From positions 124,001 through 188,000 of the forward strand of contig MU006111.1 of the NCBI GenBank assembly GCA_010093705.1: DNA of 64,000 nucleotides, given 5' to 3'. The translations under genes and the position numbers were made by a program. Below the pieces are notes generated by a model, which was not told where the DNA came from, ran no database searches, and worked only from the letters and a program-made list of their open reading frames with translations. Source of the DNA: Patellaria atrata CBS 101060. Its lineage: Eukaryota. The stretch's first letter is position 1, and every line of letters begins with the position of its first letter. Shown piece by piece: positions 47,501 to 58,855 of this stretch.

Positions 47501-50500
47501 TCATTGAAGTTTGAGATTGTCTTCATCTAGAACACCGTAAAGTTCCTCGATACATTGAGCGACGCACTGAATTTCATCTGCAAGCTGACCCGTGACGAGC
47601 GCTAGAAGTAAAAGGATTAGCACATGAAACTAACAAAAAAGGGGTTCAAAGGTTCTTACCATAAGCATAGAGCAACTCATAATCCGCATCAGTGGCAACT
47701 CCATCTCCAGCACCACTCTTTCTGAAATGAAACGTCTTCGCTAGAAAGCGATCTCTTGTATGATCGATATTGGGCATAGCATCGCTGAGCGGATACTCAA
47801 GCTTCATGGAAGATGCCATGACTATTCCTGTGGTTAGCACAAATAAAAGGAACACGAACTGATGGGCGTACCTGAAAATAGATGGCTTATGCGTGCTGAC
47901 AACTGACGACGTTCTTCTTTCGTATATCGTAAGAGTGCTATCTCCCCTGGTGATGCTTTCAAGTCCTTCTCAATAAGAACCTTCATCGCATGAAAGGCAT
48001 CTAGCATCCTTTCTGTAGCTTCTAGAATTCGACTGAATATCTTCGCCGGGAATGAACCTTTGAGTTCGAACTCATTAGACGCCGCGCCCTTCAACGCCTG
48101 CAGATTGCATAGAAACCGGCGCAGTTCCAGTGCTTCCCGAATGTCCATATAAGAACGATGTCCGCCTCCATCCAAAAGGATCTCAAGTGGGTCTCTTTTC
48201 CAGATCAGACCCATCCTGAGCCATAGTAGACACAACCCGTCTTTCAGCCTTCTGCGAGCGCTTATGGGCCATACAAGCCTAGTGACTATGATGCCCCATG
48301 CACAACCGACCATGACTGCAACCACACGGTGCAATGTGATTTCCCAGATTTCCGGACTGATACCGCCCTCGTCATCGTCATCGTTGCTATCTTTCACCGA
48401 CAGAGAATATGCGTACAGGACGGACAAATTATATGTTAGTAGGATATAACGCCCCATAGGTCCCTTACCCCTTCCAACTATGATATAGAAACCGCCTAGA
48501 GAGGTAATCCAGCCGAGGAATGCTAGAACGTAGGGATTTTCGTCCCCGATTGCCCAAAATAGAATCGCGATTACCGCACCTAAGCATGTACCGCTGATTC
48601 GTTGGTATCCGGTGCTATTGGCGCTCCCGATGGTCATAGAGCACACCAACATATATGACAACAAACCCCATTCACCTCTCCAATGAGAGTAAAACGGTCT
48701 AGTCGAGGGGATGAAAGACCACATCGCATATAAAACCGCCCCAAAACCGACTTTGATGGCGAACTTCACGTCCGTCCGGCGAAAAAAACCGAGTAGTTTC
48801 CACAACCTTGCGCTAAAAATAAACTTCCTCTTGATGGGTTGCTCTGGATTCTCGGGAACTTTGTGTAGCTCATGTACAGCAGGTATTGATTGTGAAAGAC
48901 CACTTTCTGGGTTCCCAGTAACTCTGTCTGGTTCTATATTAACGTCAGTTGGGGAGCCATTATAATCTAAATTATGAAGTGTTCATAATCTCGACCTCTT
49001 ACGAGTGTGCTGAAGTAAGCTTACCTGGGTTTCCTAATTCCGTTTGATGTTGACGCCAGAAGGGTAGAAGCCAATTCCAACTTCTTGGCTTTTCAATATC
49101 TGACTGCAGTTCTTCCAGGATATCTAGGTACTTGATCATGTCTTCTGCAAAGTCCTGTAATGCGGAACTAAAATAACCGCAGCTAGCAGCTATGTCTTCA
49201 TAATCAGCGGCTCTATTTATTGTTCTTGTCGCATCTAGAACCTTGGTCTTGTAAAGCATCTGGAGAGCTTCTACTCGTGAATGAGTGAACAGTTCATTAG
49301 CGTCGATAAGACTACAACGAAACTGCCTGTTTACGACGATACTGAAGTCTGGAGGTGGTCCGAACGGGAGTTCATCTAAGACAGCTTTGAGGGTAAAGGC
49401 TAATGATTTCTACACATAGTTAGATATTTTGCTCTTTGAATTGAATGTCAAGCCTTACCATTGACGGCCCCAAGTGATGTATGAACGTAGTGAAGACATC
49501 CCCTGGCGTGATAGCAGCATCGAAGTTACCACTATGGATACTCATCAAGCTCGGTGCGGTTTTACCACCTTTATTCCTGGAATTCATTTCACTTTCCTCG
49601 TCCTCTTCGACAATCGAATCTAGGTAGCTGGTTCGATCAGCGCTAGCAAGGCTAGGTGATATCTCCGGTGATGACATCGTCTGAGCATTCGTAAACCACG
49701 AACGAGCAGTCACAGGTGTTGCAGCTCCCTGTCCAGACGGTGTCGCTATAAGCGCAAATTGTGTCGTTGCGGCACTTCTTAGACCTCCAATATCTTGCTC
49801 TAATTGTTCCATGCATCTGACCAATCTTCTTTCAATTTGATATTCCTTCTCTTCGCCCAAGAGATAATGCTCATATTTCGCTTCAGCTAGATTCTTGGTT
49901 AGAGAAGTAAAACAGGAGTTAAACTTCTTTGACGCGTCGAGAAAAGACGGGTCCGACAATTTCCGCTCATCTCCTGAGAGGAAGCTTCTTGTGATCATTG
50001 TTAGCATGTCACCAAGTGAGTCTGTCGTTTGAACAAAATCGTTTCGTAATGCTTTTCGCGCTGAGACTGGTCCAATAAGTAGATTAACGGCTGTTGCAAT
50101 TGTAATACCCATGATGACCATCTTCAACACTTGAACTACCTTATCATCTGAAAACTGTGCCGCCTGTACGGCGCCCTCTTTTGTCAAGACTGTGATGATA
50201 GCGAGTGATGCTAATGAGCATGCCTATGATTATGGGTCAGAACCTCATTGCGTATATTCCCATTATATGGATACTTACTACGTTGACTAGAGGATGACCT
50301 AACTTCTGTTTGGCCAGAGCCACGAGCCCCAGACCGCCTCCACAGAAGACTATGAGTACTATAATATGGCCTAATACCAATAGACCACGGTCGGCAAAGA
50401 AGATTGAAACACCCATGCTGGTGAAAGAAATGAACGCCGCATACGCAAAAGCTAAAAGTGCCAGTATGGTAGCCTCTATCATGCTACCCGCCGATCGAGC

Positions 50501-50971
50501 AGCATGGAAGTACACTGTAATAGTAGCAACCATATGTTTTCCATCATTCTGGCCCAGTGTCGCAGCAATCGCAGGTACAAACGTTGCCATGCTCCCGAGG
50601 AAGTATGCTATGGAGCATTTGAAGATATTAAAGCCGGTGGTCGAGGTCGCAAAGTTACATATCCGGTTTAACTCTTTCTTCATCCGACCTTTGCCCCGTT
50701 GGTATAAACTCTTATCCTGCGCATCGCTGTCCCAACCGAGGAGGGGAGTCTCCTCGTCGTCCTGGTCTACATCTTCAACGTTTTCGATCGAACCACGTAG
50801 GGTGAAGGCGCGTTTGACTCGTTCTCCGGTTCGGGGCAAAATGAGAGTCGCATTTCTCAGCTATGCATTTTTAGTTCTTGACTTCTGGAGAGGAGGTGCT
50901 TATCTTACACCAGGTCTTAAAAACTGGCGGCTGGGGCTGGGAGATCTCCGTTCCAGATCTCGAGCATCCAT
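47501..50971 (-). CDS. Multi-TM transporter of the ALMT / FUSC / aromatic-acid-exporter (ArAE_2) family
   Basis: FKCSIAYFLGS...HMVATITVYFHAARSAGSM; second domain KFAIKVG...WRGEWGLLSY...TIG...RISGTCLG...HRVVAV...WPISAR. Multiple canonical introns. Confidence 0.85.
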
Positions 50972-51794
50972 CTGGTATTCTCAGTGTAGGGTACACATGT
51001 TCATGTTAGACATTCTCAGCTCTTAACACCCCTCGAGATTATTAAAGGAATTGTATGGGAGTTGAAGCGACGCGGTGATTGCGGTGACAAAGCGTGGTGA
51101 GCCCTTGGCTGAGGTGTCTATCCACCTCATTACTCTGGAGCTTTGACTCCACATATGGCGTACAAGGCGCATACGCGATGACTCCCATGGGTTAGTATCA
51201 TCATTAATGCACAGTCTTTCTACCTGTTAACTCTATTTGGTAGTCTGGCATAAGGTAGGTAGATAGATGTATCTATTTGCTCGCTGAAAATCCCATCTTT
51301 GCTTAACACATCAAACATCAGATTTGTAACATGAATACTGGCCTGTTCAGCGTTATCTCGCTCCAAAACCCCATACGTACCTTTCCGTGACATTCATGTG
51401 TGCCGTCAAAGTGGTATAAATCGCTCAAATTGCTGTCCGCACCGTTTAAAGCAAATCATACAATTCACACCAATTACCCACAGTGAGCGTGGAGTAATGT
51501 AAAACCCCAGACGCCACACACCAACCTAGGGCTTGAAGAGCCTTGATATGGACAATAACTTGAAACTGAAGGTAAAAGAATTAAATCAAAACATGCAATA
51601 ATGAAATATGAGAGATTTGACCTTTGGGAAGGATGCTCTTTAAGGAAAGCTTTCCCGAAGCCAAAGTAGAGGTCCGGGTAGAAGCTTGGGGGGCAGTTAT
51701 GCTCAGTATCTATAAGTCCGACAAGTCAGTAGGCGATTTCCCCAAATGTGAATTAGATAGATGTATGAAAATTACCACGTCTAAGAAACCGCAA

Positions 51795-52520
51795 CTACCC
51801 AGATCTGCGCACCTCATGTGCCGGATAGTTGCCCCCAGCATACAAATTTGGATCGACTGACCTATACGAGCCGCTCCCTCTGCGACTACCTCTCCTAGGT
51901 GGACCGGAAATATCGCTATGTTCCTCAATGACCTCGACAATGTCATCGCCATCCACTCTCCGACGTTCGTCCACGATGATGCTACGTGGTCTCGGAGGTG
52001 GCCTTGATGTGCGGCGTTCTTCAACCAACACTCTTGAGCGTCGTGGCGATCCACTGACTTCCCGCATCTGGCCTGATCTGCGCGAGTGTCCAGAACGGCG
52101 TGACCTTCCAGGGGAGCGAGGTCTTTGTCGCACTACAACCTCTTCCTGGCCAGCCATCACGTTCCCGCCTCCCTGGAAACCACCGGTGCAAAGATTGGAT
52201 AACAACCAGATGAGAAGCAGGAAACCAGCAAGGGCACCAAGGATAATACCCACAACCATTCCGGGGGCAGGGGAATCATTGATACCCTTGTAGGTCGTGG
52301 GAAGGAAGAAATAACTGATTCCATTTTCTTGCTGTTGGCGCTTGGAGACTTCAGAAGATACATGTTCAGATATTGATGAGAGCGACTTCGAAGATATTGC
52401 GGATCGCCTGAATAGGCGTGAAACTGGTTGCGACAATGCTGTGAGAGGTGGTACGATGCTGCGGATATGGAGCGATAGGGCGACGCGGTCCGCCTGTTGC
52501 GGAAGTGGTATTACTGGCAT
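51795..52520 (-). CDS. Hypothetical single-TM protein with Arg/Ser-rich cytosolic tail
   Basis: PTTYKGINDSPAPG then hydrophobic VVGIILGALAGFLLLIWLL; DDIVEVIEEHS and YRSVDP motifs. Confidence 0.7.
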   Translation of the reverse strand: MPVIPLPQQADRVALSLHIRSIVPPLTALSQPVSRLFRRSAISSKSLSSISEHVSSEVSKRQQQENGISYFFLPTTYKGINDSPAPGMVVGIILGALAGFLLLIWLLSNLCTGGFQGGGNVMAGQEEVVVRQRPRSPGRSRRSGHSRRSGQMREVSGSPRRSRVLVEERRTSRPPPRPRSIIVDERRRVDGDDIVEVIEEHSDISGPPRRGSRRGSGSYRSVDPNLYAGGNYPAHEVRRSG

Positions 52521-53548
52521 TGTGATGGGATAATCAATTTGAACCAGATGATATCGTCGACGCTATTGACAATCGAGAAGACGGTTGCACCGCTGGCCTT
52601 TTCAGAACATGCACGGCGCGAATGTGGTAATTCGGTAATTGTTGGCTCCGGATGCGCGCGGCGAACGTGTACTATTGCGATCGAGGGCTAAATGAGGAAT
52701 AAGTGGTGATACTCGACGAGAAAGAGCGACTTCAAGTGGGATTAAGTGAGTAAGGTAGTAAGATTAGTTGAGGAGAGGAAAATATGAGGTAGATTGTGAG
52801 ATAGGAAGAGGGAGAAATGTGGTAAGAATGGGATTCTCACGATGCTGTTGACGCAATCCTGGTTCGCGGCGTCAATGTCGGGTTGCGGGTGGCTGGTCGA
52901 GGGCTGGTATGTAAACGCAGAACAGACGGGATTGTCATCAATAGATAATTTAATATGGCAATGTATCTACCCGGATGCCAATGTGCAGTTGTGCAGAATG
53001 TCTTGTAGAAAAATAATGGAGTAAATATTTGGCCATCTATCATTTGTACAGGACAGTACATACGCCCCGGGGACATCTCCGGCGCAACGAAAGTGCTCTT
53101 GAAATCGCTCCTCGATGAAATGACTTCACTTCATTCTGACATACAGAAGCCGAAAAAATCTAGTACAAAAACGGTGCGGGTGAAACGAAGGAAATACGAA
53201 TCCATACGAACGCCCACGCACACCAGTCGCACACATGTGTGGAATGTTCAAGGTGCTGAGCCACGCCTAGCACAGCCGTTCAGGTGATGATTTGCCATCA
53301 ACCACCCACCGCAACACCTCGTGCACCTTTAACCATTTGAACTACATTCTCCCTCCTCTTTCCTTTCTCCTTTTCTCTCTTTCCACTCTCCAATCCGCCC
53401 GTACAGTCTTAAAAAGTGCGCGCCGTTCGCTACAGGATTGAAACGCAGAGAGACAGAGTATTGAGTATCCCCGTCATCGCGCATCCACCCACAAACCTCA
53501 CAACAACCTCAACCCAACCCACACAACACAAACACCTCCAACTCTACA

Positions 53549-53943
53549 ATGGGCCAATACGCAAGTCCCCCTCTTCCCCCATCCTCCCTTCCCACCTCCA
53601 ACTAACAAACCATCAGGACTCCCCCGCCTACCCCCCTCCCACACACCAAGACGCCAACTACGCCAACGCACCTCCAAACCCCTACACCTCCCCGCCGCCT
53701 CAGGGCCAATACTACGGTCCTCCCCAAGGTCCGCCGCCCGCAAACCAAGACTACTACGGCTCCCCTCCCCCGCAGCAGCAACAGGGCCCCTACTACCCCC
53801 CGCAGCAAGGGATGTACTACCAGCAGGGACCGCCGCCGCCGGGTGGGTACGTCGAGCAGAGGCGTGGCGGAGGCAGCGAAGGCATCTGTGCGGGCATTTT
53901 CGCTGCGCTGGCTTGTTGCTGTTGCTTGGATTGTATCTTTTAG
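53549..53943 (+). CDS. CYSTM-domain tail-anchored Pro/Gln/Tyr-rich protein
   Basis: MGQY|DSPAYPPP...GICAGIFAALACCCCLDCIF*. Intron 53561-53616 has a GC donor. Confidence 0.88.
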
Positions 53944-54355
53944 AGGGTTTTGTTCGAGGAGGGAAGAGGATGTGGATGAGTGGGTGTCAGTGGTTAGGAT
54001 ATGTGTTTGCCCGAGATTGTGTGATTGAGAATATATCTGTCTTGTTGTGGGGGGGAGGGGCGCGCGTTGGGGGCTACTTGAAGTACGAGCGTGATTGTGT
54101 TTGTGTCTGTTACGCTACGGGCTTATGGTGCGCGGATGAGGTGGCGTTGAGATGTCCGCTGTGTTTTGAGGATTGGTGATAAAAGTCATGACGTGGATTC
54201 GAATTTTGCACACCGAGAAAATTGATATTACAGTAATACGTCTCAAACTTTTATAATTACACCAAAACCCCAATCAATATGCACCTCGAGTAATAATAGT
54301 ACAGCACATCCGCCATATCTCCACCAATTATGCCAAGTACTCACCAACCAATTTC

Positions 54356-57256
54356 CTACGACTCCAGCTCTTCCGCGGTCAAGAATAATATCTCCCTGAT
54401 ACTCTTCCTCGCGTTTTTCGGGTCCTTAGCAATGCTCTGCCAGACCTCCCCATGCCTCGGCTCCGTCATCACACACTTCTGGCAAACCTCGTCCTTCTTC
54501 TCCTCCGTCCCATGCTGCACCAGGTACTTCAAATACCACGCCCACGTGTCACCCAGATCGGCATCGGCCACGATGGCTTTCTCGAACCAACTGCTCGCTT
54601 TGTCGAGCTTGCGCTCCGCCCAAAAGATCCGCGCCACCGTGACGAACAGGTACGGATCGTTATCGACCTTCTTGATGGCCTCGATGCTGCGCGGTTTACG
54701 CTGCGTCCTGGCTTCGAGATGCATGATCTTCTCCGACCACAGCAAGCCCGAGTCTGGGACTTCTTGGAGCGCCTGCGCCATGCGGTTGTTCGCCGCGGCG
54801 AGGTCGCCCTTGCGGCGCTCAAGCCTCACACTCTCAGTCCAGAGCTGGCCGTTCTTCGGAACTGCGATCCTCGCACGCTCGAGGATACTCCGCGCCTTGA
54901 CGATATTACCCGTTTTCTCCTCCAGACGCGAGGCAAGCAGCCAGAGTGGGACGGACTTGGGACTCTCGCGCGTGCCCTTGTTGTATGCTTCGCGCGCTTG
55001 AGGGATCTGCGCGGTGGACTCGTATATCTGCCCTTTCATCATCCAGAGTTTGGGCGCTTTGGGGTAAAGTTGGAGACCGTGGTTGACGAGGTCAAGGGCG
55101 ACGTCTGTATTTCCCTGTGTACGCTCGAAAGCGACGCTCTTGATCCAGACACGGTCGGTGCCGGCTTCGTTGCGGGCGGTGGCGAGGAGTTCACGCGCCT
55201 GGCCGATCTGGTCGTTGTCTGCTTCGAGCTTGACAGCCGCGAGCCAGATGTCTTCGTTGTTGGGGTTTTGCTTGAAGGCTTTGCCGAGGACGACACGCGC
55301 ATCATCGATGGTGCCGGACTGCCATTTCTCCTTGGCGAGTTGCATCCAGAGGACATCGCTTTGGGGACAGGCTTCAACCGCTTTCTCTAAAATATTCCAG
55401 AGAGCTTCTTTGTTGCCGTGATTGCGCTCCAAGTCTGCGGCAGCCAACCAGATAGACCGTCTGTTGGGGAAGACGCGAAGAGCGTATGCGTAGATGGCTC
55501 GTGCGGTTTCAAACTTGTTTCGTCCAATACTTGAAGTGGCATCTTTCATCCAGATCTGCTTCCTATCATCATCCTCATCTAGGTCCCAACCCAGAGTCTC
55601 GCGAATGATGGCACCGCAGGTCAGCACTGCGCCTTCTTCTTCGCACTTTTCGGCCTCCGTGATCCAATCTTCTCGCTTTAACATTGCGGACTCTTTAGCT
55701 AGAGCCTTGATACCACGTTCCATAACTTTCGCAACCATAGCTGCATTGCCCATCTGCTCTTGAAGGCGAGCGGCCGCTACCCAGATTTCAAAGCTTGCAG
55801 GTACAGCTTTACGTGCTTTGTTGAGGACAACCTGAGCGTTTTCTGGGGTCTCCAACCTTGCCAAAGCCAGCCAAAGTTCGATCGACAAGGGAACAATTTC
55901 AGTCGCTTTTGCAAGCAGCAGTCTAGCATCCGCGGGATCCTCTTCGAGATTCACTGCCTCCTTCCAAATGGCTACTGATTGTGGTACAGCATCTAGAGCA
56001 TGTCGGAGTACTCGTTTCTTCGCACGCGGGTCCGATTCTAGCTTCATCGCCTCTATCCATAAGGGGACCGAACGGTCATTATTCTTGATAGCATTGGCCG
56101 CTATAATCTTTGCATTATAATTATCGTTCAACCTAATCGCTTCAAGCCATACGTCCTCGCTCTTTGGGCAGTTTCGACATCCGTCAGCTATGACTTTCCG
56201 TGCAGTGACTATCTTTCCAGCGAATTCGTCCAGGCGTGCGCATGCTATCCAAGCTGGACCATGCTTGGGATTGGTCTTGATAACGTTTTCTAAGAGATCT
56301 CTCGCACGTTTGATGTCACCCACAGGTATCTCCCCGGCGATAACTTCTGACTTGGTAAGACTTGTAAGGTAGCCTCGAGGGTCTATGCTCGTTGAAGTGC
56401 CTCCCACAGTCTCTATTCCTGATTTTTGAGCTGCTTGGTCCAGTCTGACTTGTAAGACCTTGTTGTTCGCGGCTCCGATATCTGCAAAATTCGTCATAGT
56501 ACCACTTGCGGCGTCCGAAGTTCCATTTGTTGCGGTTCCATCGGTAGAGATGCTAGTGTCGAACTGCGTAGATGCACTTGCCCCAGCAATTACGCTGTCA
56601 GGGACAGCATAGAACCGCTTCCGTAGATCCTGCTTTTGCCGTTTATTCTTGCCCGTAAGATCACCTACGTCTGGTATCGCCGCCCATTCTTCATCCGTGA
56701 CCGTTCCAAGCTCTCGTTTCAGATCGGCGAATTGCTGTTGGATTTTGGGGTTGTTTCGTTCGTATTCTTCGCGTTCTAGTTTTTCTCGTTCTTCCCTAAA
56801 CGGATCGAAAGGTCTCAGGTTCGTGATCTGTTTATACGGAACAAATAATGTTGATGAACATTGTGTACGTACGGGAGGGGAGATGAAAGGGTTTACTAAC
56901 CTTCTGCGCTTACGCCGTCTATCCATTTTCTCGTCTACCTCATGGTAGATCTCGTCTGCCTCGTCATCCTCCTTGTCGAATGTGCCACCGGAGAAGAGAC
57001 CGGCATCGTCAGGATCCTGAAATCGTTCGTCATCATCATCGTCGTCCTTTTTCTCCGGCGCGCCGTATGCTGTGGGGTTTGGTGCGCCTAACTGTGCTGC
57101 TCTTTTGGCGAGGGCCTCCTTGATCTGTTCTTCACTTGGACCTTCTCTAGCAGGACCAAGGTCGGATCTGGTGGTAAATCCAGTAGCTCCACGACCGAGA
57201 CCTGCGACGTAGTTTTCGGGTGCCGGTTGATTAAGGAAATCTTTTCGTCCCGTCAT
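54356..57256 (-). CDS. PRP6: U4/U6.U5 tri-snRNP splicing factor Prp6 (S. pombe Prp1), HAT/TPR repeats
   Basis: APENYVAGLGRGATGFTTRSDLGPAR, NPKIQQQFADLKR, HAT repeats, EPRHGEVWQ. 105-nt intron at 56900-56796. Confidence 0.96.
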   Translation of the reverse strand: MTGRKDFLNQPAPENYVAGLGRGATGFTTRSDLGPAREGPSEEQIKEALAKRAAQLGAPNPTAYGAPEKKDDDDDDERFQDPDDAGLFSGGTFDKEDDEADEIYHEVDEKMDRRRKRRRLVNPFISPPVRTQCSSTLFVPYKQITNLRPFDPFREEREKLEREEYERNNPKIQQQFADLKRELGTVTDEEWAAIPDVGDLTGKNKRQKQDLRKRFYAVPDSVIAGASASTQFDTSISTDGTATNGTSDAASGTMTNFADIGAANNKVLQVRLDQAAQKSGIETVGGTSTSIDPRGYLTSLTKSEVIAGEIPVGDIKRARDLLENVIKTNPKHGPAWIACARLDEFAGKIVTARKVIADGCRNCPKSEDVWLEAIRLNDNYNAKIIAANAIKNNDRSVPLWIEAMKLESDPRAKKRVLRHALDAVPQSVAIWKEAVNLEEDPADARLLLAKATEIVPLSIELWLALARLETPENAQVVLNKARKAVPASFEIWVAAARLQEQMGNAAMVAKVMERGIKALAKESAMLKREDWITEAEKCEEEGAVLTCGAIIRETLGWDLDEDDDRKQIWMKDATSSIGRNKFETARAIYAYALRVFPNRRSIWLAAADLERNHGNKEALWNILEKAVEACPQSDVLWMQLAKEKWQSGTIDDARVVLGKAFKQNPNNEDIWLAAVKLEADNDQIGQARELLATARNEAGTDRVWIKSVAFERTQGNTDVALDLVNHGLQLYPKAPKLWMMKGQIYESTAQIPQAREAYNKGTRESPKSVPLWLLASRLEEKTGNIVKARSILERARIAVPKNGQLWTESVRLERRKGDLAAANNRMAQALQEVPDSGLLWSEKIMHLEARTQRKPRSIEAIKKVDNDPYLFVTVARIFWAERKLDKASSWFEKAIVADADLGDTWAWYLKYLVQHGTEEKKDEVCQKCVMTEPRHGEVWQSIAKDPKNARKSIREILFLTAEELES

Positions 57257-58374
57257 ATTGTATCAATCAAAATGAGTGGGAAAACTGAAGGGAACAAGCT
57301 TAGGGAAGTGATGGTTTTTTTTTAGAGAAGCACGGCAAGGCATCAACTTAATGAACGGTGGGAATCTCAAAGTGAAGTGATGCCAAGATTGCACTCTTGG
57401 CTGGTTTGGAACACCCTAAAACCGAAAGGGTCAGGCACGGGCTAGGACTAATCAGGCATCACCATCTACTGTAGTTTGGGTCAGCTCCAGCAGGAACGGT
57501 TTTCAATATTGACTGCGTTCACTTGGATGAATTTATAGATGTTTCCATAGGCTCTCTACTCATCTCTAATCATCGCTTGTCTGATTCTACTTGTTCAGTC
57601 ACATTTTTCAATGATGACATTGGTGTATTATGCGTTCTGTCATTGTATAAGGATACCACTCTATTGATAGGAATGAGTCTCTCCATTTCTTCATGCTCAA
57701 CGCTCGTAGTTCTAGTCCACAAGTTCCCACAAAACAGAACCTCAAGGCTAAAAACAAACGGCCAGCCGTTTACAGCAATGGATTCAAAACATAGAAACCT
57801 TTTTAGGGTGTTTTGACATCCGGAAAACCAACAGACGGAAGATCGCTGGTGGACAAAAGCACGAATCTCCTGTGTGCCAGAGCTTTTCCCTAAAAAGGGT
57901 CAATATCTGATCCATATCTCAATAATCTCATGCTCTGTAAGACGATGACTCGTTCTCCACGTGTAAGCCCTGCGGCTACTTTTCCTTACTCGGCCCTGAA
58001 AACGATAATTGATTAATGTAAACATCCATCCGAACTCCCACTTCTCCCTACCATCGAGTCTCTGTTCTCCAAGGTAGCAATTGAAGGCATACCTTACTCT
58101 ACACGGAGTACAGGAAAGTGTTTTCAGTGAATTCGATCTTTAAACTTACCGTGATCCCTCGTGCACGCCATGGGCCAACCTAAGGCCCGTTTTCCCAAAT
58201 CCTCCCCAGCAGCCCAGCGCATGAAACCTGGAACTTCCCCTAAGCGAAGCCCTGATCATGGTCTTCAGCCCATGCCGTAAGCAGACAAGCTTCAGCTTCT
58301 AGAAAACCCCAGCTCTGCCCCTGTTGACCATACAACCAGACCCATCCATTACCTTAATCAAACCCATTCTCTCC

Positions 58375-58665
58375 GTCCTCGGTCCCGTCGACTCTTCTTC
58401 CCAATTCTCCTTCCCCCGCAATTCGATCGATATCCTCCATCGTCTTGTCAGCGTCGTTCACTTTGAAGAAGTGTCCTGGCATTGATCGAGTGCCGATACC
58501 TTAAGGCACTTGTCGAACTTCCTAAAGCGGAAACGAGAACGCATGCACGCCGGATCCGCATCCTTCGCCAAACCCAACCTCCAACGCCGCAATTAATATA
58601 CGGGTACGCTGCTTTCGAAAAACCCTAGCTCAAAGCACCGCACCGAGGAGGGTCGACGGGAGGAC
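58375..58665 (+). other. Putative structured RNA element (5' leader or standalone ncRNA) containing a uORF
   Basis: 58383-58399 pairs with 58645-58661 (17 bp, 3 G-U), with a flanking GTCC/GGAC pair; internal hairpins; uORF at 58543-58596. Confidence 0.5.
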
Positions 58666-58855
58666 ATACCTGACCCAAGCAACATCAAATCAAGAAGTCC
58701 GAACAACCTCAACCCACTCCACCTCACCTCACCTCACCCATCAACCGGAAACACACAGTCTGCACAAAAAACGCTCTACTCACCAACGTCCAAACACCTC
58801 GACCTCCGTCCTACCCACCTCCTCGGAACACAAAACATCGAGTCGAACGGCAAAA

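Noticed and set aside
54452..55390. 312-aa plus-strand ORF (and similar antisense ORFs at 42401-43267, 8308-8982, 50310-51026)
   Set aside because: Antisense shadows of real GC-rich coding genes, with no recognisable motifs.
22818..57256. Spliceosome gene cluster (Prp2-like, RED, Prp6)
   Set aside because: Spread over 35 kb among unrelated genes; splicing factors are numerous enough for chance co-occurrence.
57480..58000. Open frames upstream of PRP6 (57523-57816 plus, and a minus-strand frame)
   Set aside because: No credible start, splice structure or motif; probably promoter DNA.
58451..58542. Hammerhead ribozyme or TPP riboswitch in the structured leader
   Set aside because: TTGATCGA and GAAAC only loosely resemble the CUGANGA/GAAA core and are wrongly spaced. 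The TPP CUGAGA and GAUAAUNCCAGCG elements are absent.
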